A stretch of 23,241 nt of DNA from Azolla caroliniana (Eukaryota > Plantae > Polypodiophyta). Under the pieces are notes generated by a model. That model was not told the origin of the DNA, searched no databases, and worked only from the letters and a program-made list of their open reading frames with translations. Shown one piece after another: positions 1-12,786 of the stretch. The translations under genes were made by a program, and so were the position numbers. The stretch is from contig JBHGNT010000482.1 in NCBI GenBank assembly GCA_043228905.1, forward strand, positions 1 to 23,241, written 5' to 3'. The first letter of the stretch is position 1; each line of letters begins with the position of its first letter.

Positions 1-443
1 ACAGTGTTTATGAGTTATGCATAATTTGGTGTGATGTTGTGTCATTTCGATTAACCATGTTAATGCACCTATGACTGACTACGCCACGAACTTATGGGGG
101 GCATTACCAAACTTCCTAATCCTACTATTGAATATTCCAACTATTGATGAAACCTCTAGAGAAAAAGCCTAGAGTAGATGAAGCCTTCCAACAAAGCCTA
201 CCCATGAAGGTATCAACAAAGGTTACCTACCAATGAAATAGCCTGTGGGGGTTCTTACTAGTTATAACTCTACTGATGCAAGGGCATACGAGGGTTCTTA
301 CCATTGAAGGGTGCCGATTAAATTTCCTACATACAAAGATCTCTATCTATGATGATACCTACAAGGTTAACACACATCTCGAGCTCGATAGACCATCTTT
401 ACTAGCTTAAGACCCTTGGGGTCTTTCTCACCTATCACACATA

Positions 444-808
444 TAGTCGTTAAAAAATGTGCATTCGATGTTTAGGATATGTTTTAGAATACTATAAAGT
501 ATTCTACGTTTTAGAACTATCATTTTATAATATTTCACGTATTCCAAGTATTCAATGTGTTCTACTTATTTAACATTTCAAAAAAGTTAACAAAAGAATT
601 ATTATTTATTATTTATTATTTTTGCTTTTAAATAACTATTAAATTTTAAGTGTTTAATGTATTTACACATATTTAAAGTATTCTAAATGCATTTAACGTA
701 CTTTATATGTAGAAAATGAAGCATTTAAAAAATAAAGGTAGAATAATTCTAGAATGCTTATCATACATATTCTACGCGTATTGTATGCTAAGTATTTTAT
801 AACAATGA
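444..808. repeat. Degenerate AT-rich foldback / MITE-like element
   Basis: Left end TAGTCGTTAAAAAATGTGCATTCGATGTTTAGGATATG...TATTCTACG aligns loosely with the reverse complement of the right end (CATTGTTATAAAATACTTAGCATACAATACGCGTAGAATATG...TATTCTACC). Non-coding and very AT-rich. Boundaries approximate. Confidence 0.35.
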
Positions 809-1449
809 TCACACACACACATGCAGGCTACCATGACCAACACTCTCCCCATCTAGGGTGACATACAATCATTGTTTGCCCCTAAAGAAGTAAATTATTT
901 TCCTCCAATGATTCTCTTGTGACCAATAATACATGGGTCTTAGATAGGTCTTACGCTGAAGTGTTCAATATGGTGATATAATGGACGTATTTACATTATC
1001 TCATTATACAAACTAGTATCGATCACTTCCTATTGGAGCTCTTGCATCTATCTCTAACTTCTTGAGGGGGTTCCTTGAAGAAGTACAAGAAGAAAAATAA
1101 GACAAAGAGAAATGGAGTGGGCTCATCCACCTTGGTCTTGATCTCTTGTCTCAATCCTTCGTTGAGCTCTTCCTCAACTACATGGTTGAGTTTGGATCCT
1201 CCTCGATCATTGGTTCAAGCTTCTCTTTGTTTGGAGGTATTTCCTCTAAGTTCGGGTCATTCACCATGGTCAGGACAATCTCAATCATGCTTTCCTTCTC
1301 GACCTCCAACTCGGTCTTGATCTTTGACTCAACCTTGACTACTTGTGTTTCCCCTTCCTTTATCTTGACCTCCAACTTGGTCCCAACCTCAAACCTAAGG
1401 TCTCTATCTCAGCCTTGGGTTCTTGTGTCTCTTTCCTTGTTTCAAGTTC

Positions 1450-2091
1450 TTGCCTTGGATTAATTATCATTAACACCTAATAGTAATTATAATAAGATTT
1501 TATTACAAGCTCCTTGGAGAGAGTGAGTAAACTAGGAAATCGAGGAAAGAACAAAACTGAGCAGAAGCTCCTCCATATATAGTCTAAGGATGGCTCTTGG
1601 GTTACCCTAGTCCTTATGCCATGGGGTGAGCGAGACTCTTGGACTTCCCGAGCCGTTATGCCATGAGGTGGTTGTTGGCCTTCCCTAGCGTTGAGCCAAG
1701 AATGGTCGTTGACGCTAGGCCTTTAGCTAGCCATTAGGGCTAGTCGTGGAGCAGTCCCAAGTGGGACTGCCCCGTTGGGACAAGGTTGTCCCAAGCCATG
1801 TTGGACCTGGGACTAGGATTGGGATCACGTTTGGGCTTGGGACTGGGTTAAAAACTCAGGTTGGGACTAGTGGTTGAAATGGGATTGTCCCAACCCAAAC
1901 CCCACGTGGGACAGTTGGGCTTGCGTGGCTTGATCCCAACCTTGCTTGTTCCTTCTCATGTTCATGCCAACGCTTGTGCCAATCTTGATCGGTAACTCCA
2001 TGGCTTTGTGTTATCTCGTTTTGGGGTGCCATGGTTCCTCATGACTCACTTTGGGGTTGATTTTGGGGTGGCTGTTTTTAGGGACACAACA
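1450..2091 (-). mobile_element. Possible degenerate LTR-like sequence
   Basis: Minus strand begins TGTTG at 2091 and has GC-richer U3-like sequence with repeated TTGGGAC/GTCCCAA. A TATA-like CTATATATGG (1582-1573) lies about 70 nt before AATAAA (1504-1499). No PBS or partner LTR found; left boundary uncertain. Confidence 0.3.
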
Positions 2092-2468
2092 TGTATGTAT
2101 GTATGTATGTATGTATGTACATATATCTCAAGCAGCCCAAGAGCTAGCTAGCTACTTAGGCCTATATATGTACATACATATGTATGTATATATCTCCGAG
2201 GCAAACAGAACACACCCATTGTCACCCACCAAATAAATTATGTATCAGTATGTATGTATGTATGTACATAAACAATTTGCTCTTATGACTGACTGACTGA
2301 CTGACTGACTGACGGATATATCATCATCATCATCATCATCATCATCATCGACGACACCATCGCTGCTGCGATCGCTGCAGGCACACGCAATTATCACACG
2401 AGAGCGTTGCATCAGAAGAAGATCAGAAGAAGATCAGAAGAAGAGAAGAGAAGAGAAGAGAAGAGAAG
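2091..2468. repeat. Microsatellite cluster upstream of the GTPase gene
   Basis: (ATGT)7 2091-2119, (TGAC)7 2286-2313, (ATC)10 2320-2349 and AGAAG-rich repeat about 2415-2468. Confidence 0.9.
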
Positions 2469-2493
2469 GTGTGCGCATCCGAGCGAGCGAGGC

Positions 2494-2685
2494 ATGGGGG
2501 TCTTGATATCGCGGCTGTGGTTCACCCTCTTCCCTGCCAAGGAGTACAAGATCGTGGTCGTCGGCCTCGATAACGCAGGGAAGACCACGACCCTCTACAA
2601 GCTGCACCTCGGCGAAGTGGTGGTCACCCAGCCCACCGTCGGCAGCAACGTTGAAGAGGTCGTCTTCAAAAACATCAGATTCGAG
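2494..2685 (+). CDS. ARFC1: ADP-ribosylation factor-like GTPase (ARL5/ARFC1 type), exon 1 of 2
   Basis: MGVLIS N-myristoylation-type start, [21 protein letters not shown]-loop and PTVGSNVE switch I. Ends GAG|GTTCCT donor (phase 0). Closely resembles Arabidopsis ARFC1 as recalled. Confidence 0.95.
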
Positions 2686-4979
2686 GTTCCTTTCTCTCCT
2701 TCTCTCTGTCTGTCTGTCTGTCTGTCTGCCTGCCTGTACTTCCTACATATATTTGCGTGTTATGTATACGCATGTTTGCATGCATGCATGTCTCTCATCA
2801 TTCTCATGCATTGCATCCTTAATTCTACCTGGGGGAATATAGGTATCTGTTAGATCTGGGAGTTGTCACACCTCACCATCCTTGTACAACGGGTGTCATA
2901 TTATTAACATCTCATTTTCCATCACTACGGTCCTTGTACAGTTTTTTCTGTAAAGTTTCTGATAACAGATGCTACATATATGACTTGTCTCTCGTTGGCT
3001 AAATTTGGCACTTGATAAACCTTAAAAAGTCTTTCTTTCTTTCTTTCTCATGACACTGATTTATTTTTTGATTGTTTCTATTCTGCTATGTTGTAAATAT
3101 TCTACCTACGTAAATGCATTCTTTTGCTAAAACATTATATGTTTAGGAATATGTATATATCTGTCCATGATAGATTTACACTTCAGAAGAGGTGCCCTCC
3201 AAAGATCTATTAAAACTTCCTTGTGGTATGCCTTATGGCTCTTACAATCTAGTGATCAAATTCTTAGGACACCGCTACTTTCATTGTATTCTTTTTTCTT
3301 CCCCCCTCTTCTCTTTGTGGTAAAACCACTTGGCTGCCAAGGCTAATAGGTCTTGGAGTAGTAAAACACCAATCAAACCACCAATGAGCAAAGAAATACA
3401 TCCACAGGATTTTGGACTGACTAAGACTGAATTCATGTTGATGAAATTTGAATGCTCCTGAAAAATGAAAACCTGGTTGCTTTTTTGGTATTTATTTTGT
3501 TTTAAGTCAATTTCGACAACTAGAACTTGCATGTAGAGCTTCCAAGGTACTCTTCACTAAGAATGGTAACTTTGGAACCCACAGTTTTCGACGTTCTAAA
3601 ATGACTCTTTGCCTAGCTTTAGATCGGAATTTTGAGTTCTACATCAAATATGGTTTGTTTGATTAAGGCAGGTCTTGCTCATGATGCCAAGTTTCAACTC
3701 TTCAAAAGAGAAGCACTTTCCACAAAATTGTGCAAGAGCATAGACCTAAGAAACTACGAACATCTTGAACTATTTTCAAATCTGGAGATGAATTTATTGC
3801 CTCACTACCAAAGTTCTACTTTTATTGTGTGCAAAAGTATGGTGTATTTATTATCATCTTACATGCTAAATATGGTGAAAATATCCCAAACTTCAAGATT
3901 GAATAGATTATAACAATTAAGATTAATTAGAACGAGGAAAAAGAGTTAGAGATGAGAAAAAACTAGAGAAACAAAAATGATGACTATTAGCTCTAAAACT
4001 ATATTGGAGTTCTATCTCAAAAGATGTTTGTTTGCCAAGTGTGATCTCGTGAAACAAAGTTAGCCCCTTGATGTTTCCACTCCTAACATTTATGTTAATT
4101 TATGTATGACCTAACCTAAAGTGATTTTGAGACACAATTCAATTGGATGCACACTTCTATGGACACATTGGAACCCCATGGTAATGGACTGATTATATAC
4201 CTGTTCTGGGCTAAGTTATGTGTTCAAACATGAGAACCATGTTGATGCTCTCAATTGCTACACATTGATGATGCAATATCTTCTTGGCCAATTTCAAGAC
4301 CCCCCAGTGAACAAGTAAATGAAAGAAAGAGGAAAAGTTAGTAAATAATGTTATAAGAGTACATCTCTTGGTGACACATACTTTCTCATATCAGCAAGAG
4401 ATTGAGAACATATTAAGGCGTATATCCATGGGATAGGATGTGGTAGATATGTAAGTGAGCATGAGATGTATAACCGTTAGACTTTTGATGTTCAATCTAC
4501 GATGACATTCAAAAATGCTTGGAATGACAATTCTCTTTAGAGAGGGGTTTGGACCTTTTGATAAAACTCTCTCTCTCTCTCTCTTGCTCTCTCTCTCTCT
4601 CTCTAACCCCATCACTCCTACTGCTATTTGTCATGCACTTAGGCTCCGGCCTCATGGACCACGACCGCAGCACCCTTGTCATCGACAGATAAAGGCCATT
4701 ATCTCCCACCATTGCAGGTGCTTCCTTTGCTTTGGAGACCTCTCCATTCTGGATTGACCTAGGCTAGAGATATTTCCAAGACAAAAGTTGCAATATATCT
4801 AACTTGAGAAAACCAGATTCCCTTGTCTCTTTTTATCTTATTTACTTTTATATTTACTGAGTAATACTTCTTTTATTTTGGTTTGTTGTTCTCAAGGCGA
4901 GAGAACTTAAGATGTAATCTCTTGTTTGGTCTTATAGGCCATTTTGGCCTCTTAAAAGACGTTAAAATATCTTTCTCTT

Positions 4980-5018
<39 letters not shown>

Positions 5019-7076
5019 TGTCCAATATGAACACCCCATTTCGTTGGTATCTATACTTGCATTGCTACCCATATCTGTAACTCCATCCCCCCAAAGATGT
5101 TCTCCGTCTCCTCTCGATTCAATCTTCTTTTTTGTTGTTTGTAGTCCACCCTAAAAGTATGTTGCTGCTGTGTATATAAGAAAACTGTATCTTATTTTCC
5201 TTTTGCTGAAAGTGTTTTCTTGCAGGAGGATTCAATCTAAATGAAATTGAAATTGTGTGTTTAACATGTGCATTAGGTAGCTCAGGTAACTAATAGCTGT
5301 CCTCTCATTAACCGTTTCATATTTTTCATTTCCATTCTTCCTTTTGCTATCTTTTGTACTATATTATGCCATGTATGAGACAATAGTAGGGCGTTTGCAG
5401 ACATCAGAGGGTTTTATTAGACTAGGGGTACAAGGAACAATCTCCACTCTTAACTCTTTTCAGATTGTATATCGATGAGACCACAAAGAATGGAATTTTG
5501 CATAAAGCCAAGTTGGCTTTCACTGGTATGTAATATTGTATCTTTTTGGGCTTGACGATAATAGGCAAGTAATAGTGAAGTATGTAGACTTGTAAATGTA
5601 TATAAGGGTTAGTGTTTGGCATTGTTTGTGAGGTCCGTCTTTTCGATGAGAGGAATATAAAAGACTAGGGGATTTCATAGCATGCTATGGTTTACACATC
5701 TGCTATAAAAGACTAAATATATGTTGGCACAGTCTAGATTAAGATGGTTTTATGTTAGGTGGAAATGGATGGAAGGTATTTTATGGCCATGAACACCATG
5801 GGGGTTTTGGTTAAGGCCTACGTATCATGTGAGATGGACTGCATTGGAGGCTTTTACAGGCTTTTACAATATCAGTACTCCATGGATACACTATCTGCTA
5901 CTTTGGCTTACTGTGTCGAGACAATATTCTTCTAGATATCATGAAGTGTGAGAGACCCTTGCAGAAGCATATCTAAGAACTCATGATGAGATTAGGTGTT
6001 TCTCTATATCGGGTCATGGATTAATGGATCAGTGATGCTTGTATCTTTATCCATGGACTCAGTTAACCGTGAGACTATCTTTAGGATAAGAGTGACTGAA
6101 TGTAGTTCTAAAGAGGCAGATTAAGACTTTTACAGAGCAAACATCAACATTATTAGCATCACCTCTCAGGCGTTGAGTGGCTTTGGGAGCATCATTGTGT
6201 GCCATCATGTGTCGTTCCAGACCACTCAGTATGGGGAACCTTAATCCCACAAGGCAATAACCCCAAGGGTTTGTAAATTCTTTGTATGATTGTGCTTGCT
6301 AGTACATTGTTCCCAATTGATGAGTAGGCCTCCACTCTTTTCTAGGCTACTCTTTTCCAGTTGATTTGGATGAGATATTGGAGGTACATTACTGTTTTTT
6401 CAAATCTGATCAGATTTCACATGGATGTAACTTGTGTCAGAGGGTCATTGTAAAGACATTGAATTGAATTGAATTCTCTTACACAATTTGCAGGCCCGGA
6501 ATATATATGCTAATGTGTAGACATCTCGTTGCTATAAGTTTACCATGCTATGCTTTTAACCTCAATTTCCCATCCATGCTTGGTGAATCCAAAGTACCTC
6601 AGTTCACCACTGATGACAGAAGTAGGGGTGTGATACAATCTATCTAGTAAATGTATATATGCATGGAAATATACACCATCCACTTTCTTGTAATGTGGAT
6701 TTTCATGTTACATGTCTCTATTTTTTACTTTATTCTTTAATTCATTAATGGATCTTTCTCCCATTCACTCAACTCAAATATTCTTAGGTTTGTAAGGTCA
6801 GACTATTGTGCTATCATAAAGGTATATCAAGAGATACCATCCTCGGTGTTAGCATATTTAAGTACACACATGTGTATACGTACCAGATATGTAATACTTT
6901 CACTTAGAAAAAAGGTCAGATCTATTTACAAAAAGGTAGTAACTTCAGTTTTATATTTAGGTATTGACACAAATGTCTGTGTAACACTCAGCCTAAGGTA
7001 TAAGAAGTGCTGAATAGGGTCAGCGTATTGCATGTATTTCGTTTCTTACATTGATTTTGCATTCACAAATGGCCAG

Positions 7077-7442
7077 GTATGGGATCTAGGAGGTCAGGAC
7101 AGTCTCAGACCATCATGGACGACTTATTATAGGGGTACACATGCAGTAATAATGGTCGTTGACAGCACAGATCGGGCAAGGATTGGTCTCGTAAAGGATG
7201 AACTTTTTCCATTGTTGCAGCATGAAGAACTCCGGCAAGCTGTTGTGCTTGTTTTTGCCAATAAACAAGACTTGAAAGGTGCAATGACAGCTGCTGAAAT
7301 TAGTGACGCACTCTCACTTCATAGTATAAAACATCATGATTGGCATATCCAAGCTAGTTGCGCTTTAACTGGGGAAGGTCTATACGATGGTCTGGGATGG
7401 ATTGCACAACATGTCTCTGGACAAAAGAGTGGAAGTTCGTAA
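7077..7442 (+). CDS. ARFC1: ADP-ribosylation factor-like GTPase (ARL5/ARFC1 type), exon 2 of 2
   Basis: CAG|GTATGG acceptor; WDLGGQ (G3), NKQD (G4), SCA (G5); stop TAA 7440-7442. Joins exon 1 in frame (IRFE|VWDL) across a 4391-bp intron to give 185 aa. Confidence 0.95.
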   Translation, partial: VWDLGGQDSLRPSWTTYYRGTHAVIMVVDSTDRARIGLVKDELFPLLQHEELRQAVVLVFANKQDLKGAMTAAEISDALSLHSIKHHDWHIQASCALTGEGLYDGLGWIAQHVSGQKSGSS

Positions 7443-8738
7443 TTTGTTTGGAGCAGAAATAGCTAAATTGTTCTACAAATAACTTTCAAGTTTGAAATGG
7501 TTGATGGTAAAGAGAGATCCGATGATTATGGTCAAGAAGCGTTCAATAACCGTTGGACTTTTACATGATTAGTGCTTTGTTTAGTTGTATCATTAAATAG
7601 TTCAAGCACATTAACTTATTTGTATGCATAAATTTGGACATGTATACAGTTAGTATTACTTTTGAGTTGTCTTGTCTTCTTGCATGCACATGCAACATAT
7701 ATCAATGTGTTGTCATCTCTTCTTGTTATACGTTGACGTGTATAACTTATCTCTCACTTTCGTGGCACACACCAAACCCAACTCAAAAGCAATGAAAGGG
7801 TCAATTTTGAAAGCTAGATTGTAATCACCTTTGGGGATGATTAATTCACTATTGAGTTATTGACTACGGATCGATTCCATAATATTTGCTTGCCATAACT
7901 CCTTCAAACGCAAAAGTCTCCACACTATCGTTTCATGAATAATTGTATCGTGCGAACTCAATTATATTGATCTTACTAGTGTTGAATTTGATCCATCATG
8001 TAGTGCTCAATATTGACCATGGGACTATCAATATAATCAATAGTAAATGCTCTTCCAAGTTGATCCTCAAATATAAGGAGTATTAGACATGTGATGGTTA
8101 TTCATAGTGTGCACCTATATAATATATTCACCTTATGAATCTTAGCATTTGGAAAAGTTCATGTACTAATGGACATATGATTAATGTACCTAGAAGTCTT
8201 AAGTGGTATTCCATGGATTGCTCATTCCTATTTGTTGCATCATCTTGGTTATCAACATTTGTTGTGCGATAAGTAATATTATCAAGTATGGAGTTATGCT
8301 CATATTGAAAGGAGAGCATCAATCGCTCTTGACTCGCTACCTTCGGTAACCCAAATCTTGTGAACTCCTATTCACCTCTATTAACAAGGTTAATCTCAAT
8401 AAGAAGCTCTCTAATAACATGACAAGCTTTATTATCAAATATGTATGACACTTAACAAAGAGATTACTCACACAAGTATTGACCATGCCTCAATAAGTAA
8501 ACGCAGATGCCACACATACAATAGGAAGGAGTGACTAGGGCTTGGCTTCGTACAATCCATAAGCATGGGTTAAAAAAGTGCTTTAATATAATCCCTAAGG
8601 TTCTCATACAATCCATAAAAATGTTAAAAAGTATCTTCTTTGTATTTGTTTTTCTTCATGGTCATGAGTGCATTTTCCATATAAACGAAAACCTTTATAA
8701 AACTACGTGCATATAAAGGAGCATATTCCCTTTTGCTT

Positions 8739-8910
8739 TTGTATCATCTTGTTTCCATGAGGATTCTTGCTTCTCGTGTCATCGAATGAAATGTTTTATC
8801 AACATCAAACAATTGTTATGGTTACATGGCAATTCTTGTATCATCTTGTTTCCATGGCGCTTCTTGCTCCTTGTGTCGTCAAATGAAATGTTTTGTCAAC
8901 ATCAAACAAT
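8739..8910. repeat. Tandem duplication, 97-bp period, about 1.8 copies
   Basis: Copies start at 8739 and 8836 (TTGTATCATCTTGTTTCCATG...CATCAAACAAT); 67/75 identical by manual count. Confidence 0.9.
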
Positions 8911-9410
8911 AGCTGCAATTACAAGTTGGAACCCACTTGATATTAGGCCGTTTTGCGCCAAAACAACACAACTAATCTTGTATGATTAACATGGATTGAA
9001 ATTTATTCATCATTTTTCTTTTATTCTTTATTCACTACGGAATCTTCTGTACAAATGCTTGAGTTGCATAACATTGTGATCAACATGAAAGATTGTTTTA
9101 AGAAGAGCAAGACTTTTTATAAAAAATTTCCATTGCTACCATTGTATGATATGATGATGGATCCATGAACAAGGAGAGTGGAAGAAAAAAAGATTGGTAA
9201 CCCTCTCTCTATATCTTGATTTCATGGATGGTTCCCACATGACTAACCATGCAATTTTTTATCAGGTCTATCTCTTTCCTTAATTTGATACAGAGGGACA
9301 TGTATGAGCTTGTAATGTTATCCCTTTGATGTGGTGGTACAATGCGCCCCAAGAGAATTATTAAGATATTAGGGTCCCTCTCTCGTAAATGCTGTTGATA
9401 ATTAAATATG

Positions 9411-9788
9411 TTGATTGTGCAAGACACAATCAATGATTGTGAGGGGGAGGGATTTACCAAAAATCATGCCATGCCTAGGCATGTCCCCATCTAGTGTGAG
9501 TGTCCCAACCCAACACACAAAGACACCCCACCCCACCCCTAAAGGCTTTTGTGAAATTCTGGGAATACCCTTCTTTTCAAGTTCACGGAAAGCTCTCTCT
9601 CTCTCTCTCTCTCGCTCTCTCTCTCTTTTTGGTAAAAGCATACAATTATATTAACTGTTCTCTCTCTCTCTCTCTCATCGTAATTAATTATCTTATCTTA
9701 CCCTAGTGGTAAGTTGTTACAATACACAACCACAAGCACTACACAACGTATTGGGTACGAAACCCAATTTTGTGACCTCGCTATTACA
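9411..9788 (+). mobile_element. Possible relic of an LTR-element 3' end
   Basis: Hairpin TTGATTGTG-CAAGA-CACAATCAA (9411-9433), then PPT-like GAGGGGGAGGG (9441-9451), then LTR-like sequence with CT tracts ending TTACA at 9788. No clean TG start. Confidence 0.25.
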
Positions 9789-9859
9789 TACATACTTCAT
9801 ACATATCTCTTAATTCACTAGATGCCACTGTGGAATGTAGGGGTCGAACCCATGACCTC

Positions 9860-9863
<4 letters not shown>

Positions 9864-9900
<37 letters not shown>

Positions 9901-10089
9901 CACACACATACACACATAACACACATATGTATTGATTGATTGATTGCTATATTGCTTCTGCTGCCTGCACGTTTTCTTGCAAATAGGGAATAAAATATGT
10001 ACATATGTACATACATACATATATATACATACATGATACATATATGTATAGCGAGAGAGCGAGAGACAGACAGACAGACAGACAGACAG
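9864..10089. repeat. Microsatellite cluster upstream of the WDR26 gene
   Basis: (CT)n 9864-9897, CA repeats, (ATTG)n, (CATA)n and (GACA)n about 10065-10089. Confidence 0.9.
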
Positions 10090-10256
10090 CGCCTGCCCCT
10101 GCCTCCGTCTCTCATCAGAAAAAAGAAAGCTGCAATCTCCTCCCTCAATCTACTACCGTATTTGTGAGCAAAGGAGATGCTCCCGTAGTCCCCCTATGGT
10201 CGGGCTCATCTTTTCATCCTCTGTAATCAAGATACTGAATTTGAAGAACGCATTTC

Positions 10257-10318
10257 TAGGGTTTCAGACTACCACGATCTTTTAGGGTTTCTAGCACTAT
10301 ATTGTGCTTTTAGGGTTT
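10257..10318 (+). promoter_or_regulatory. Three telo-box motifs (TAGGGTTT, reverse complement of AAACCCTA)
   Basis: TAGGGTTT at 10257, 10283 and 10311, lying 65-130 nt upstream of the WDR26 ATG. Telo-boxes are known plant promoter/5'UTR elements. Confidence 0.6.
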
Positions 10319-10383
10319 CTTCTTCCTGTTTCTCTCCCCCACTCTCTCTCTTTTACACTCACATGGCATAGCTGTGACTTTTG

Positions 10384-11193
10384 ATGGGAGGAATAGATGA
10401 CACCACTCCCCCACCATTAAAACGTCAAAAGGTTATGTCAGAATCATCGTCATTAAATCCATCACGAATTTCTCCCATTTGTTTGAGTATGCTCCCTATT
10501 AACGAAGAAGAAATCAACGGTAAAAACACTGAATCTGATGTAAACGTTGGGCCCAATGGTCTTCTCAGGAGGACAGAAATGGTGAGAATCATCACTCAAT
10601 CTCTATATGCATTAGGCTACAAGAGATCGGCTCATCTTTTGGAGGATGAATCGGGTATTCCTCTTCAATCTTATCTCGTTTCGGAGCTCAGAGAACAGAT
10701 CTTGGATGGGAAATGGGATGAGAGCATTGCAAATATTCGCCTTTTGCTTCTTGATCCCTCAAGCTTTGACTCTGCCACATGTCTTATACTTCAACAAAAG
10801 TTCTTCGAGCAACTCCGAATGAATGATATCATGGAGGCTTTGAAAACACTGCGTTTGGAGATCTCTCCTTTAAATATTAAGAAAGAAAGGTTGCACCAAT
10901 TGGCTTCTTGCTTAATTTGTCCAGATAAGATGGAGGCTCTTTCACCGTCATCATTATCTAATGGAAAATATGGTAAATTTTGTACAAATCCTCGAGAAAG
11001 GTTGTTGCATGAACTTCAACAATTCGTGTCACCCTCTGTCATGATTCCGGAGAGGAGGCTAGAAAATCTTCTTGAGCAAGCTTTGATCATGCAAAGAAAA
11101 GCATGCGTTTTTCATAATTCTATGGAGCAACCATTGTCACTCTACTACGACCACAAATGTGGAAGAGATCAAATTCCAAATCGAACCGTTCAG
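10384..11193 (+). CDS. WDR26: WD repeat-containing protein 26 homolog (GID7, CTLH E3 ligase subunit), exon 1 of 4
   Basis: ATG 10384; PPLKRQK NLS-like; LisH (EMVRIITQSLYALGYKRSAHLLEDESGI); CTLH (LREQILDGKWDESI...LILQQKFFE); MIPERRLENLLEQAL and SLYYDHKC family motifs; donor CAG|GTATTC. Confidence 0.93.
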
Positions 11194-11255
11194 GTATTCA
11201 TCCAGTGTTTTGCCTTCATTTGCTAATCTTATGTGTTAGTGTTTTTTGGCTAACT

Positions 11256-11390
11256 TGTTGGATATTTACCAAAACACCCCTAAGTTTTCAATACCACCAG
11301 AATATGTCTATATGGTTTTAAATTTTGTACTGCATAAAGATATTCTCGAAATATTTGAGAACTTAAGGTAATCTAGTAAATATACAAACA
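11256..11390. repeat. Small foldback/MITE-like element, copy A (WDR26 intron 1)
   Basis: Arm TGTTGGATATTTACCAAAACACCCCTAAGTTTTCAA (11256-11291) resembles the reverse complement of 11355-11390 (TGTTTGTATATTTACTAGATTACCTTAAGTTCTCAA). Confidence 0.6.
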
Positions 11391-12786
11391 GGTTAGGGGT
11401 ATTTTGATGTTTATTGCTACAACTGCTATTTATTATTTATGGTCACTTTGTAATAGTAGCTCTAACCGACCTGCCATTGTTTCTTTTGACTATATTATGT
11501 GATCGACTTTTAATATTTAATGTTATTCAATATGTCCTTTGTGAACGTTCATGGTGTTGGGTAAAAAAATTGAAATTTGAATAAGGTTGGAGAAATTATC
11601 TCAGTCTTGAAGTACCTTAAAGGTTAATGCCTTTTGTGTTCTGAATACAAGAAGTCTAAAACTTTGTGTCTTCTCACATTACTACTCTATAAACTAATTA
11701 GATCTTGGGGATTTGGGGCCGAGGATTGATCTTATATTTTTGAAGGAATCCATAGACATGAAGTGGCGAAGAAATCCATAGACATTTAGATGAACTTCTT
11801 AATTAGAGTAGATTGATGCCTATATTTGTCTTGCTTTATCCTTTTTTATATAAATCAGTCAATTAGTTTTTTCTATTTCTCTGTCTGTCTCTCTCTCTCA
11901 TACTCACACATTCACTCACCCTTCCCAAGTAAAGCAAGATTACCATGCCATATAAAGGTTTTTATATATTTTTAACATTTTAATATGAATGATGGAAGCT
12001 CTATGTGCAAAATGTAACATAAGACATCGATAACAGAGTGTATGCTGGAAGAAGTATTGTTTGGACATGTGAAAAAGTGTTGGAGCACATAGTTGGTATC
12101 TAAAATCTCATATATTCCTCCACTGTAATTATTTTAACGTATGAAAGATTCCATAAGGCACGCTTGTGTGTAACTTGGAATAGATTCCAAGTAAGCTTGC
12201 CTTTTGGACACGTGACTATGGTGCATTAATATATAACTTATGCTACATTTTTCCTTCAAGACTTCAAGCTTCCAGTATAATTCTGGTCGACCTATATGTA
12301 CCTTATAATAGCTGATTTTAGCTCCCTTTGGTTGAGCTCAATTATCATATTACTGAGTCTGGCCTTGATGAACAAATGTAACATACCTAAACACACAGGA
12401 CACTGATACACAATTGGTAAGGTTGAATAGTTTGAACAGGCATACCATGTTATCGTTAAAGATGTAAACTCAGAGATCCCACACAGGTCAATGATACAGT
12501 AGATGCATGGGTAACTTTGTGACATGACTTCTGATAGGTTTTGGGCTACTGTGGAGTGTTGTGTTTGGAGGTGGACCTTATATAAAGGGAAGTACCGTCT
12601 TGCAAATTATCGAAGGACAACTTGTCCATATATTTCTATATTAAAGAGCAGTAAAGGAAATGAGATAACTTCTAATGTTTGAGATTTATTTAGGTCTTCA
12701 AACTCAAATTCATGTGCTTTCTTAAAAATGCTTCATGTTAAATCAAGAATTAGATTCTAAGTCGTCAATTCATGTCAAAATCTCAG

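Noticed and set aside
2407-2853. 148-aa ORF as a standalone protein
   Set aside because: TTG start is in AG-repeat 5'UTR and the tail is intron read-through; only 2494-2685 is coding.
5650-6300. Possible TE relic in the GTPase intron
   Set aside because: Composition is suggestive, but no frame gave a motif I could support.
7032-7076. ATG at 7032 as a gene start
   Set aside because: Lies in the intron 3' end; homology starts at the CAG|GTA acceptor.
7950-8500. Semi-open minus-strand frame as a pseudogene
   Set aside because: No recognisable family motif; interrupted by stops.
9402-10226. ORFs with ERERER/LSLSLS/YIYI tracts (also 4391-5080)
   Set aside because: Translations of microsatellites.
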